Source: Heterodontus francisci
Taxonomy: Eukaryota
Assembly (NCBI RefSeq): GCF_036365525.1
Contig: NW_027141968.1
Coordinates: forward strand, 1-64,000
Length of the DNA: 64,000 nucleotides
Direction: 5' to 3'
The translations under genes were made by a program, and so were the position numbers. How positions within the stretch are numbered: the first letter of the stretch is position 1; each line of letters starts with the position of its first letter. The notes beneath the pieces are model-generated. The model had not been told where the DNA came from. It did not search any database and saw only the letters and a program-made list of their open reading frames with translations. Of the stretch, positions 1-11,499 are shown piece after piece.

Positions 1-1290
1 TTGAATGGGATTCTGTGCTAATTAGGTCTCGGAGGCTGTGGATCTACATTGTTATGTACGCCAGACTGGGTAAGGATGGCAGATTTGCTTCCCTAAATAA
101 CATTAGGGAGTCAGATTGGCTTTGAAGTCAATCCCATAATTTCTGGATTGCCAGGACCAGCTTTATACTCCAGATTTATTAATAAACAGAATTTGAATTC
201 CCCAGCTACAGTGGTGGAATTTGAACGCTCGGATTGGATGCCTGTTTTGGAGGGCCGACACACACACTGGGTTGTGACCACAGGCCGCGTGGGTTTCAGT
301 TTCCCCATCGGACCATTGTAGGGCTGGCCAGTTAGTGGCCGGTGGGGGGTGTGCTTGCAGTCCAATCAAAGCCGGCGGATCGGACCCCCAAGGCTGAAAA
401 ATCAATGGGAAAGTAGCCTTTTCATTCCGAAAGATGGTGATTCTGGAATTGCTGCACTCCCTCAGTGGAGTAGACATTTGTGCTCAAGGGCAAGAGTGGG
501 GATTTGGAGCCAGAACCTTCTGTTCGAGGATTTACGGTGCTGACCACCAAGACGTGACTGAAATCAGGACCTCACCTCCACCCACCCCTTCTTCCCTGCA
601 AATCTGGCAGCAGTCTGTCCGGAACGAAAAACACGACACAGACACGAGGCGATGATAAAAGCGGCGGCTTTTATTGGCATGATTCAGTCAGCTGAGGGTC
701 AGGTGGTCAGGGGGCCTGTGCTGACAACCAAAGCCTGAATTAAAGTTAGCATCCGTGGGAGCACTGTAAGGGTCGCACAGCTGTATTCATTCTCTGGCGC
801 TGAGCTCAACTGTCATGGGAGAACGTGCAGCACTTGTACAGCCAGAAGCACCTGCCAGGAATCCAGGTCTCGCTGTTGCGACATGTCGCCAGTCTGCATG
901 TTCCTCCAATCTGGGTGCATCCCAACAGCAAGCCTGCAATCCATGAAAGGAGGAGTTAGTTGATCAATTGTTCTGCTTGGGAATAGAGGGGGAAGGGCAG
1001 GGCGTAGACAAACTGAGTCTGTCCGGGTCACAGTCACGCTGGTGAGAGTGTAGAAGAACATAGTATTTCAAGGGTAGAAGCAGGGCTTTTGGCTCATCTG
1101 CTCCGTGCTGGCGTTTCTGCTCCACATGAGCCTTCTTCCAACATTCTCTCTGTCTCCCCACCCACCCACCACTCCCCTCCCCGATCGTCGTATCCTTCTA
1201 TTTCTTTATCCCTCATGTATTTATCCAATTTCGCCCTTCAAAACATCGATAATATTTACCTCAAACACTCCCTGTGGTAACGAGTTACAC
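1..1290. repeat. Left arm of an old inverted duplication (SINE + unique core + CR1 3' end)
   Basis: Its reverse complement aligns with 1800-4030. Shared words include CCAAAACAGGCATCCAATCCG, TGAGGGAGTGCAGCA, CCCACGGATGCTAA, CTACGCCCTGC and CACAGGGAGTGTTT. Confidence 0.8.
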
Positions 1291-1799
1291 ATTCTTACCC
1301 CTCTCCGGGGAAGGAGTCTGTCACTGGAGTTATCATTGACAGTTTTATTTTTATGTCTCCCTGATTCTGGTCTTGCCCACAAGTTTTAATATGCCTCGAG
1401 AGCCTTCGTGCCCCTCTTCCCCCCCCCCCAGCTCTGTAAACCCCTGCAGCCCCTACAACCCTCCCTATCTATGTACCCTCCTGCTGCCTCTACAACCTTT
1501 CTTATCTCTGTAATCTCCTCCAGCCCCTGAAACCACACTTATCTCCGCACTCCTCTCACTCTGGCCCCTTATGCATGCTCCAATTTTGATCTGTCCACCA
1601 GTTCAGGTAGAGTGTGCAGTTCTGGGCACCAGGTAACAAGCAAGAACTGCGAGTCTGAAAGAGCGAAAAGGATTTACAAGGATAATACCAGAACTGAGAG
1701 CTTAGAACTATCAGGAAAAATTGAACATGCCGGGGCTGTTTTCTCGAGAAAAGAGGAATCTGTATGGTGACCTGATAGATGTCTTTAAGATTATGAACG

Positions 1800-4030
1800 T
1801 GCCAGCACAGGGAGTGTTTCAGGTGCATTGTAACAATGTATTTAAGTAGGATGCTGGTTAAACACATGAGGAAGAACGGGATAGAAGGATAGGTGATGGG
1901 AGGTGATGTAGAGGGGGTGGGATGATGATCATCTGTGGTAGCAATATCAGCAAGGGGCAGATGGGCTGAATGTCCTGCAAATACTATTTACTTCTCCACT
2001 CTTCCCTCCATGAATGTAACCCTGAAGACACAGCTTGACTACGCCCTGCTCTTTTACCACACAGAGCAATGGATCAATTAACTCGTCCTTTCCTGGCTTG
2101 ACAGCTTGCTGACCGGATGCACCCATATTGGTGGAATGTGCAGACTGGGGGCGTGTCGCAGCAACGAGACATGGTTTCCTGGAATGTGTCTCTGGCAGTA
2201 CAAGTGCAACAAGTGATCCTGTGGCAGATAAGCTTGATGGCGGGGGACGCAAATGGCTGGGAGACCATTCCAAGGTTCCCACGGATGCTAATTACACTTC
2301 AGGCACAGCGTGACCGCACAGATATCGTGATCCATGAACTCTAGTGTCTGAATTGCATCAGAAAAATCGTCGCTTTGATCACCGCCTCGTCCGTGTTTCC
2401 TGTTTCTCTTTCAGGTTCCCCCACTGTCGCATTCGCGGAGAGGTGGACGGGTGATGGAGGGGGGGAGCTGAGGGCTTGGTGTCCGCCACATCTCGCAGGG
2501 CAGCACAGTCACCCCCCAGTCAGAAGGTTCTGATTACAAGAACCGTGCCTGACCTTGATCAGAAATTTCCAGGCCGAAAATCCAGTGCAGCACTTGAGGG
2601 AGTGCAGCACTGCTGGAGGAGCCATGCTTCGGGATAAGAAGTCCCTTTCCCATTGGCTCTCTGACCTTGTGGGCTCGGTCTGCTGCATTTGAATGGACAG
2701 CGAGGGCACTCTATCCCCTCGGCAACTGATTGGCCAACCCGACAATGTACTGGGGGAGGGCATCAAATGTTGACGTGACCAGGGAATTTCTCCCGACATC
2801 GGGGCACGCAACCCCAAAACAGGCATCCAATCCGCGAGTCCAAGCCCGACCACGAGAGCTTTGGGAATTCAATTTCAGTTCATTGTTAAATCTGGAATAT
2901 TTCGTCATTCCCAATAATGAGTTCCTCACGTTAGTGTCCTAGGCCCCACCATCTTCAGCTTATTCACCAATCACCTTCCTTTAATCATAAGGTCAGACGT
3001 GGGATGTCCGCTGATGATTGAACAATGTTCAGCACCATTTGCAACTCCTCAGATCCTGAAGCAATCCTCGTAGAAATGCAACAAGACGTGGACAATATGC
3101 AGGCTTGGGCTGATAGGTGGCAAGTAACATTCACGTCACACAAGTGCCAGGCAATGACCATCTCCAAGAGAATGTAACCATCTCCCCTTGACATCCATTG
3201 GTATTATCATCGCTGAATCCCGCACTATCAACATCCCAGGGGCTACCAATGACCAGAAACTGAACTGGAGTAGCCATATAAATACCGTGTCTACAAGAGC
3301 AGTTCAGAGGCTAGGAATCCTGCGATGAGTAACTCACCTCCTGGCTCCCCAAAACCTGTCCACCATCTACAAGGTACTACTCAGGAGTACGATGAAAAAC
3401 TCTCCACTTACCTGGATGGGTACCGCTCCAACAACACTCTAGAAGCTCGACACCATCCAGGACAAAGCAACAGCTTGACTGGCACCCCATTCACAAATAA
3501 TCATTCTCTCCACTACCAACGCACAGTGGCAGCAATTTGTACTATCTACAAGATACACAGCAGAAACGCTCCAATGCTCCTTAGATAGCACTTTCCAAAC
3601 CCGCCGCTTGAACCAACTAGAAGGACAAGTGCAATAAATGCATGGGAACACCACCACCTTCAATTTCCCCTCCAAGTCACACACTATCCTGAGTTGGAAC
3701 TGTATCGTTGGGTCAAAATCCTGGAACTCCCTATCGAACAGCACTGTGGGTTTACCAACCCCACATGACTGCAGCAGTTTAAAAAGGCAGCTCACCACCA
3801 CCTTCTCAAGAGCAAGTAGGGATGGGTAATAAATGCTGGGCTGGCCAGCGCCACCCACTTCCTCTGAATGAATAAAAAAATAAAATCCAGCAATTATGGA
3901 ATTGCCGTAAAAACCCAACTGATTCCCTAATGTTCTTTAGGGAAGGAAATCTGCCATACGTACCTGGTCTGGCCTACATGTGAATTCATACCCACAGCAA
4001 TGAGGCTGACTTCGAACTGCTATCTGAAAT
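1800..4030. repeat. Right arm of the inverted duplication, interrupted by a LINE at ~2920-3880
   Basis: Same shared words in mirror order. The SINE body broken at ~2915 resumes at ~3885 (AATCCAGCAATTATGG vs reverse complement AATCCAGAAATTATGG near 135-150). Confidence 0.75.
2920..3880 (+). mobile_element. CR1/L2-group LINE 3' fragment (RT C-terminus + tail), degenerate
   Basis: Translates in pieces to VLGPTIFS, ADD and KLDTIQDKA. It ends in an A-rich tail. Confidence 0.8.
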
Positions 4031-4620
4031 GCCCGAGAACGACTCAACTGTATCAAACACCAAAAGAAAATTCAATTAAGAATAAAACTGGCCAAACACC
4101 GGGCATCGATCTCAGCACCGGAAATGGCAATTGCACGCACTGTCCAGTGTATCCAACAAAATCCTTTACACCACCATCTGAAATTTGTGCTAAGGTTGGG
4201 AGAGCTGACCCACAGACTAGTCGAGCAACAGCTTGACATTGTCGTGCTCTCGAATTCATATCTTGCAATCAATGTCCCAGCCACCATCGCCATCCCTGGG
4301 TATGTCCTGTCCTACTGGTAGGACAGACCCAGCAGGGGTGGGGGCCCAGTGTTATCCAGTGTGGAGGGAGTTTCCCTTGGAGTCCTCAACATTGACTGTG
4401 GACCCCAATGCAGTCTCGAGTCATCAGGTAAAACACAGGCAAGGAAACCTTCGGCTGATTACCACCTACCGCGCATCCCACCAACACCCCCCCCCACCGA
4501 ACCCCCGCCACACCACCCTCCCCCGCCCCCACCACCAACACCCAGACTGTTGAAGTCGTGTTTCTCCATGTTAAGCACCACTTGGAAGAGGCATGGCGGT
4601 TGGCAAGGGTACAGGATGCA
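3885..4620 (+). mobile_element. Same LINE family, 5' part (SINE-like body followed by endonuclease start)
   Basis: LGELTHRLVEQQLDIVVLSNSYL...IPGYVL resembles the N-terminus of an APE endonuclease. Confidence 0.65.
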
Positions 4621-4845
4621 CGTGGTGTACTGTGTATTGCTCATTTTCCATGTATCACTCGCTGAGGTTTCTGAGACTCTGCCTATCACAGATGTGACTG
4701 AGTTCACTCAGAGATAGAGCCTCCCGCCTCCACCGTCCCTGCTCTTGGTCTCCCCCACCATCCCAAATGCCTCCCCATTTGCCTCATTTCCCACCCCAAA
4801 CCTCTCCCAATTTCCGAGCTCCCTCGCCCCAACAACCTCCCCTCA

Positions 4846-4940
4846 GAACTGATGAAATGTCAATGACCTTAAACGTTAACTCTGCTTCTCACTCCATAGA
4901 TGCTGCCAGACCAGCTGAGCATTTCCAGCAGTTTTTATTT
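4846..4940 (+). mobile_element. Penelope pLTR fragment with degenerate hammerhead motif
   Basis: CTGATGA...TAAACGTTAAC followed by CTCTGC...AGATGCTGCCAGAC, matching the 3' end of the Penelope at 31240-31370. Confidence 0.7.
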
Positions 4941-5500
4941 ATATGGAGACCAGAACTGTTTACTCCAAGTGCTGTATAGCTAAGGGATATAGAGATTACA
5001 ACTGTGCACAGTGTTCCATGTGTGGTCTAACCAAGGTATATGGAGACAAGAGCTGAGCACAGTGATCCAAGCGTGGTGCAAGCAAATATATGGAGACCAG
5101 ACCAGTGCGCGGTTTACCAAGCATGGTGTAACCAAGATATATGGAGACCAGAATTCTGCACAGTGTTCCAAGTGTGCTCCAACCAAGGAATATTTTGGAG
5201 TAACACTGTGCACGGTGCTCCAAATGTCATCCAACTAAGGGATATGGAGGCCAGAACAGTGCACAGTGCTCCTTGTGTAATCAAACCCAGGGACATGGAG
5301 ACCAGGAATGTGCACAGTGTTCAGGATGTGGTTTAGCCAAGTCATATGGGGCCAAAACTGTGCACAGTGCTCCAAAGCTGGCCGAACCAACGGATATGGA
5401 GACAAGAACAGTGCACAGTGCTCCAAGTGTGGTCTAACCAAGAGATATGGAGGCCAGAACTGTCCACAGAGCTCCAAGTGTGTTCTAACTGAGGTATATG
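4941..5500. repeat. ~51-bp minisatellite, ~11 copies, derived from CR1 ORF2
   Basis: Unit approx. ATATGGAGACCAGAACTGTGCACAGTGCTCCAAGTGTGGTCTAACCAAGG. The antisense strand encodes LVRPHLEHCAQFWSPY, as in CR1 ORF2 (LVRPHLEYCVQFWSPH). Confidence 0.9.
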
Positions 5501-5519
5501 TGGAGGGAACTATGTGCAA

Positions 5520-5890
5520 GTATAAAGACAAAGACTTGTATTTACATAAAGTACCTTTAACACAACAGAACATCCCAAGGTTCTGGACAGGAGTGTAGTG
5601 AAGCAAACGTTGACACCGAGCCACTTAAGGAGATATTAGGGACAGGCGACCAAAAGCTTGGTCAAAGTGGTCTGCTTTAGGGAGCGCATTAAAGGAAGAG
5701 AGACAGCGGTGGAGATGTTTAGGTAGGCAATTCCAAAGCTTTAGCCACAGCTGCCAGTAGTGGAGCGATAGAAATTGCAGCTGCTCACGAGGTCAGAATT
5801 GGAAGAAGACAGATATCTCTGAGGTTGTCGTACTAGAGGAGGCTACAGAGATAGGGTGGGGAGTAAGGGCTATGGAGGCACTTGCATTTG
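5520..5890 (-). mobile_element. L2-like LINE 3' end, degenerate
   Basis: Resembles from memory the shark L2-type 3' tail (GACCAAAAGCTTGGTCAAAG...). Recognition only. Confidence 0.45.
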
Positions 5891-5899
5891 GAAACATGG

Positions 5900-6175
5900 T
5901 TTATAACTTTGGGAGGATGCCATTTAGGGTTAGCTTGTAGTTGAATACTAGAAGGGGAATAAGGGTTGGTCCTAAGTGGATAATCCTAAAAGTTGGCGTA
6001 CAATTAAATAAAAACTGTTCAATTTTTTGAAAGTTCACAAATTAGATTGATAGATATTTGTTAGGAAAGGATATTAAGGAAGCAAGATTGGTAGATGGAC
6101 TTATGATACAGCTCAACCATGATCAATTGGAATGACAGGCTTGAGGATCTCAGTGGCCATCTCCTGTTCCAACGA
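5900..6175 (+). mobile_element. CR1 3' end fragment
   Basis: TTAGATTGATAGATATTTG...CCATGATCAATTGG...CCTGTTCC resembles the other CR1 tails in the window. Confidence 0.6.
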
Positions 6176-6212
6176 ATAGTTCTATAGATTGGCTGCTAAG
6201 AGAAGTACTCAC

Positions 6213-6306
6213 CTCCATATAAAAACCTTGAAGTCACTCCATCTTTGGTCGAGATGGGCTGTATCAGCGCCAGGAATCCAAGGACCAAGAGCAGAGCTTT
6301 CATCAT
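6213..6306 (-). CDS. First coding exon of an unidentified secreted protein: MMKALLLVLGFLALIQPISTKDGVTSRFLYG + 1 nt (phase-1 intron)
   Basis: AAGATGATG start, basic-hydrophobic signal peptide, consensus donor GAG|GTGAGT (6207-6212), non-repetitive sequence, and a TATA promoter immediately upstream. Confidence 0.85.
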
Positions 6307-6329
6307 CTTCTGTGGAACTGCTCAGAGTC

Positions 6330-6490
6330 ACAATGAGACGGCTGGAGGACTGAAGCTCTTTATACGAGCTCGGAGAATATTCAGCAGTTAATAATCACAC
6401 AGCAACATGCTGCAGATTGGATTCAAATTGAGTATATTAAAGTTGCAGACCTTAACTGGGACAAACTATAACTGTAATCAAAGATTAACG
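6330..6490 (-). promoter_or_regulatory. Pol II promoter: Inr-like TCATT (TSS ~6334), TATAAAG (6358-6364), HNF1-like GTTAATAATCAC (6387-6398), CCAAT (6416-6420), second HNF1-like site ~6474-6489
   Basis: The TATA T lies exactly 30 nt from the Inr A. Motifs were read directly; factor assignments are by consensus similarity. Confidence 0.75.
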
Positions 6491-6829
6491 TGTCTCTCAA
6501 GCTCGTTTTTTAAAAATTAATAAACGGAGGGAGCAGTCTGAGTAATGACTGAACTGGTGATGGTTTAAATAAATTATTTGGTGTTTTTGAAAGACAGAGC
6601 CAATTATTGACTTGTCCGACCCACTCTTTCAGCACAATTCTGCTGTATTTTTTTCTTTAGCAATCATTTATCCGATTTCCTTTTGAAAGCTGCTATTGAA
6701 TCTGCTTCCACGACCCTTTCAGGCAGTGCGCTCCAATGACAACATTTTGCTGTTGTAAAAAGACGCTCTCCACATCTTCAATCCAGTTATTTTTACCAAT
6801 TATTGTCATTCTGTTACTATTTATTTTAT

Positions 6830-7153
6830 TTAGATATACAGCACTGAAACAGGCCGTTCGGCCCACCGAGACTATGCCAACCAACAACCACCCATTTATA
6901 CTAATCCTACATTAACCCCATATTCTCCACCACATCCCCATCATTCTCCTACCAGGACTAGGGGCAATTTAGAATGGCCAATATACCCACCAACCTGCAA
7001 GTCTTTGGCTGTGTGAGGAAACCATGGCACCCGGTGGAAACCCACGCAGACACAGGGATAATTCGCAAACCCGCACAGGCAGTACCCAGAAATGAACGCG
7101 GGTCGCTGGAGTTGTGAGGCTGTGGTGCTAACCAGTACACCACTGTGCCACCC
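6830..7153 (-). mobile_element. tRNA-derived V-SINE (HE1-like)
   Basis: Reverse complement shows a tRNA head, a V-domain (GTCTGCGTGGGTTTCC) and a CR1-type tail. Confidence 0.85.
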
Positions 7154-7189
7154 CTACTTGCAAACAAATCTCCCAGCCTCTATAATATC

Positions 7190-7440
7190 CCACGGACACT
7201 ATTGAACAAATTGTTGAGGATTTTCCCTGGACTCCCAGGGTTCATATTCATCTTTCTGCCAACATCACAGAAACATATTATCTGATAATTATCTCATTGT
7301 TATTGGTGGGATCTTGTTGCTCACAAAAAGCTGGCTGCATTCGCTATGTTCCAACGATGACTATTCTTCAGAAAAGTTGGCTGTAAAGCTTTTTGGGACA
7401 AACTGAAGCTTTTAAATGTGCTGGAAAAGCATAAGTCACT
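7190..7440 (+). mobile_element. Deu-domain SINE (SacSINE1/AmnSINE1-like) fragment
   Basis: CCAACATCAC...TTATCTG...GTGGGATCTTG...TTGGCTGTAAAGC resembles the Deu-SINE body and tail. Confidence 0.65.
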
Positions 7441-7829
7441 CTTTTCTTCTCCTTCTCCCTCTCTCCTTCTCTCATCTCTCCATTTATTCCTGTTCCCCCT
7501 CCCCCCCGCCCTCTCTCTCTCTCTCCTCTTTCTCTCTCCCTGTCGGTGTGTTGATTTCTTTCTCTTACTCAGTTTCTCCCTATCATCATTTGCGTCTCCA
7601 CCTACCTCCCACTTCCTTCTCCATCTTCTTTTCATGTTGTCTCACAGTTCATTGCTAAATCTGGAATAAACAGCTATGATCTGTAACGGTGAAAGCAAAC
7701 AACGAAATTGTCCTAAAAAACCATGTGGTTCCCTCATGTTTTTGAGGGGTGGGAATAGGCCATCCTTACCCGGTCTGGCCTACCTGTGATTCCAAACCCA
7801 CATCAATGTGCCTGACTCTTAACTGCCCT

Positions 7830-9180
7830 CTCACCCTGTCTGATTCACTTGCCCTGGGTGGTTAAATATTCCGAATTTGAAGCCATTGTCGGTTTGTTAA
7901 ACATTTGCTGGTACAGCAGAACTGATTGGATTCCACTTGTCATCATGTCTGACTCCCTTCAGCAAGGTGTGCGGAATGAATAATCCCTGAATATGAGCCT
8001 GCAGCTCACTGCCTGTCTGTCTGACACTGCATAAGGCCTCAGCTGTTGAGTGTCCAACTAGGCTCCATTGAAATTATTCACACTGGCGTATATTTTGTGC
8101 CCTTGTTACCCCGAATGCTTCTTCCGAGTGTCGTTCAACATGGTACATGAGCCGAGGGGGTGGGAGCGGTAGGTGGTAATCAGTAGGAGGTTTCTTGCCC
8201 ATATGTGACCTGATGCCACGAAACTTCATGGGATCCTCAGTCAATGTTGAGGACTTCCAGGACAACGCCCTCTGACTGTATAACACTGTGCCGTCACCTC
8301 TGCTCGGTTTTCCTGCCGCTAGGACAGGACATATCCGGGGATGGCGATGGAGGTGTCTGGGACATTGTAATACATGATTCCGTGAGTATGACTACTCAGG
8401 CTGTTGCTTGATTGGCGTATGGGTATGTCTCCCAATTGTTGCACAAATCTCCAGATATTAGTCATCAGGACTTTGCATGGTAGACTGGGCACTGTGTGCC
8501 AATTTTGTTTCCAGTGCTGAGGTCAATGCCCTGTGTTTTATCCACTTTTGATCTTATTTGAACTTTCTACAGGGGTTTGATACAATGATTATCTTGTGCA
8601 GACATTTCACAGGGCAGTTAAGAGACAGGTGTATTGCTGTGGATTTAGATTTGCATTTTTGTTATTTCATTCATAGGATGTGGGCTTCGCTGGGCAGGCC
8701 AACATTTATTGCCCATCCCTAATTGCCCTTGAGAAGGTGGTGGTGAGTTGCCCTCTTGAACCGTTGCAGTCCATTTGGGGTAGGTACACCCACAGTGCAG
8801 TTAGGAAGGGAGTCCCAAGATTTCGACACAGAGACAGTGAAGGAATGGCGATATCGATCCAAGTCAGGATGGTGTGTGACTTGGAGGGGAAGTTTCAGGT
8901 TGTGGTGTTCCAATGCATTTGCTGCCTTGTTCTTCGAGTTGGTAGAGGTCACGGGTTTAGAAGGTGCTGTCTAAGGAGCCTTGGTACATTGCTGCAGTGC
9001 ATCTTGTAGATGGTGCACACTGCTGTGACTATGCATCGGTGGTGGAAGGAGTGAATGTTTCTAGATGGGGAGCCAATCAAACGGGCTGCTTTGTCCTGGA
9101 TGGTGTCGGGCTTCTTGAGTGTTGCTGGAGCTGCACCAATCAAGGAACGTGTAGAGTCTTCCATCACACTCCTGACCTAT
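7830..9180 (-). mobile_element. CR1/L2-group LINE fragments (endonuclease part and a 3' part)
   Basis: Antisense homology to 4160-4620 and 3400-3880 (KKPDTIQDKAARLIG). Confidence 0.75.
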
Positions 9181-9189
9181 AGGCACTAA

Positions 9190-9320
9190 GCAAGCACAGG
9201 CGTCTTCTGTGGATCAAACGCATCCACAAGATGGAAGATTTTTGCATACTTAAAGAACGTATGGGCGATGATGTAGCCGGGGCCAGACGACCACTGAGTG
9301 CATAAAGCTCCATTTCAAGG
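9190..9320 (+). mobile_element. RTE-type LINE C-terminal relic
   Basis: KHRRLLWIKRIHKMEDFCILK...ARRP resembles the RTE motif RRLRW.GHV.RMED.RIPK. Confidence 0.55.
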
Positions 9321-9364
9321 AATTCTGATGAAAGATCACAGGACGTGTCATGTAATAATGCTGC

Positions 9365-10550
9365 AATTCATGTCACTTAAAATTGCCACAGTGCATATCA
9401 CTTAAAATCACGGCAGTTCCTATCACTTGAAATGACCATAGTTTAGATCACGTAAAATGGCAGCAGTGCATGTCACTTAAAATGATCACAATGCATATTA
9501 CTTAAATGATCACGCTGCATATCAGTTCAAATGGTCGTATGCATATCACATAAATAGGCCACAGTGCATATCATTGAAAATGGTCTCGCTGCATATCACT
9601 AAAAATGGTTGGACACATATCACTTAAAAGGGCTACAGCGAACATCGTTTAAAATGGCAACAAATGATATCACCCACAGCATATCCTATTTTTATTTGCT
9701 TGTGGGATGTGGGCATCGGTGACGAGGCCAGTATTTATTGCCCATCCATAATTGGCCTTGAGAAGGCGGTGGTGAACTATCTTCTTGAACTGCAGAAGTC
9801 CTTGGTGTGTAGATGCACCCAATGTGCCTTTCGGAAGGGATTTCCAGGATGTTGATCCAACGACAGGGATGGAACAGCGATTTAGTTCCAAATCAGGATG
9901 GTGTGTGGCTTGGAGGGGAACATGCATGTAGTGGTGTTCCCATACATCTGCTGCCCTTGTCCGAGAGGGTACAGGCGGGTATTTGGAAGGTGCTGTTTCA
10001 GGAGTCTTGGTGTGTTGCTGCAGTGCATCTTGTACAGACTGCTGCCACTTTGAGTCCGTGGTGAAGGGAGTGAAACTTGTTGGTGGTAGATGGGTTCCAA
10101 TCAAGCGGACAGCTTTGTCCTGGATGGTGTCGAGCTTCATGAGTGTTGTTGGAGCTGCACCCATCCAGGCAAGTGGGCAGTATACCATCACACTCCCGTG
10201 ATATCTCTTCGATAGCAGATAGATATTGGGGAGACACGAGGTGAGCTATTTAACGCAGAATTCTCATCATCTGGCCTGACATATCACTTAAAATAGTTGC
10301 ACTGAATATCACTTTCAATGGCCGCAATGCATATCACTGAAAATGGTAGCGCTGAATATCACTTTAAATTGCCGCAGTGCCTATCACTTAAAATGGTAGC
10401 ACGGCATATCTATTTAAATGGCTGTAGCGCATCTCACTTAATGTAGTCGCACTGCTTGTCAGTTAAAATCACTGCTGCAGACAGATAGCACTTAAAATGA
10501 CCAGCGTGGGTTGCTCTCATTTTAAAATGGCTGCCGTGCATATCACTGAA
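9365..10550. repeat. ~25-bp minisatellite (CATATCACTTAAAATGGCNGCAGTG), two blocks (9365-9675, 10278-10550) split by a LINE
   Basis: About 24 diverged units are visible. Confidence 0.85.
9690..10278 (-). mobile_element. CR1/L2-group LINE 3' fragment inserted in the minisatellite
   Basis: PLAWMGAAPTTLMKLDTIQDKAVRLIG. Confidence 0.8.
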
Positions 10551-11344
10551 CCTTCGACTTCATTCCATTGTCCGGAAAAAGAAGCATTATTCTGGAATAA
10601 TAAGGAGCCCTCATATTGGTTCTCATTGATGACTTCAACCTCCTCGATGTGGGGGTGGACTCTCCCTATCCTCCATCGTAGATTAACGTTGTTTGCGTCA
10701 CATTAAAAGGTCAGGTCTAAATTAACCAAAGCTTTAAACCACTTCAAATTCAAGGGCCTAAATCCAACAGGAACATGTTCAACTGAGGCATCCAACCCCA
10801 GGGTCCTGGAGCGGAAATTCACCCCCAAGTGTAATAAACAGTCACAAACACACAGCGACACATTGGATGGTTCATCAGGGCGAAGGGCTTTGTCCAAGGA
10901 AGAGGAAGATCCTGCCGAATAAAATCCCTCATTCTAAAACCCTCTCACTCTTTTTACATCTCGTCTGTACAGTTTTCAAAGTAAAACAAATGCTCCCCAG
11001 GACAAAAGGGAAAGAATAGATAAATCAAAGCAAAAGATATGTAAAAAAAAAGATACAAGAAGATCCCACAGTTTCCTATGTCAGTTTCATTGACATGCTC
11101 GCAGAAACATCCTACTACACGCAAATCCTGCTTAGAAAACAGGCGATTGGAAGTGATAACGATTGATACAGAGGTACATTGGGAGCACACAACGAACACA
11201 GACTAGACCGAGAGAGATGTCACTTCTCCCGGAATGAGGGAGGGAGGAGGCTTTGGGATTGGGAATGGGTGTCCTCCCACCCAAAAACACCGGCAGTCAG
11301 CAGTTTGCTTCACCCACTGAGTCTGTAACACACCGGGATCTCTC

Positions 11345-11499
11345 TCAATCTACTCTCTGGGGTCCTGTCCATTGGCATGTTACTCCAGGATCGAATTCGT
11401 TTGACCAAGCGGCCTGTTTTGCTGATTTGCAATCTTTAACTCCATACCCTGGTTGGGAACAGTACTGCAGTTTGCAAATATCTGATCGGCTTATAGACC
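11345..11499 (-). CDS. Putative terminal coding exon of an unidentified upstream gene
   Basis: Acceptor CCCTGTGTAG|G and unique sequence. Phase 1 reads SISRSDICKLQYCSQPGYGVKDCKSAKQAAWSNEFDPGVTCQWTGPQRVD*; phase 2 reads VYKPIRYLQTAVLFPTRVWS*. A U-rich UTR-like region follows to ~10700. No clear polyA signal was seen. Confidence 0.45.

Noticed and set aside
813-2344. Endogenous viral nucleoprotein identity for the duplicated core
   Set aside because: Only a vague resemblance; no diagnostic motif could be supported.
4349-4717. Proline-rich ORF
   Set aside because: Poly-C expansion inside a LINE endonuclease remnant.
5235-5624. Repetitive Cys/His-containing ORFs resembling zinc fingers
   Set aside because: Translations of the CR1-derived 51-bp minisatellite.
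10560-10900. Possible coding frame
   Set aside because: Multiple stops. The IDDFNL stretch looks like a LINE endonuclease relic and the rest is UTR-like.
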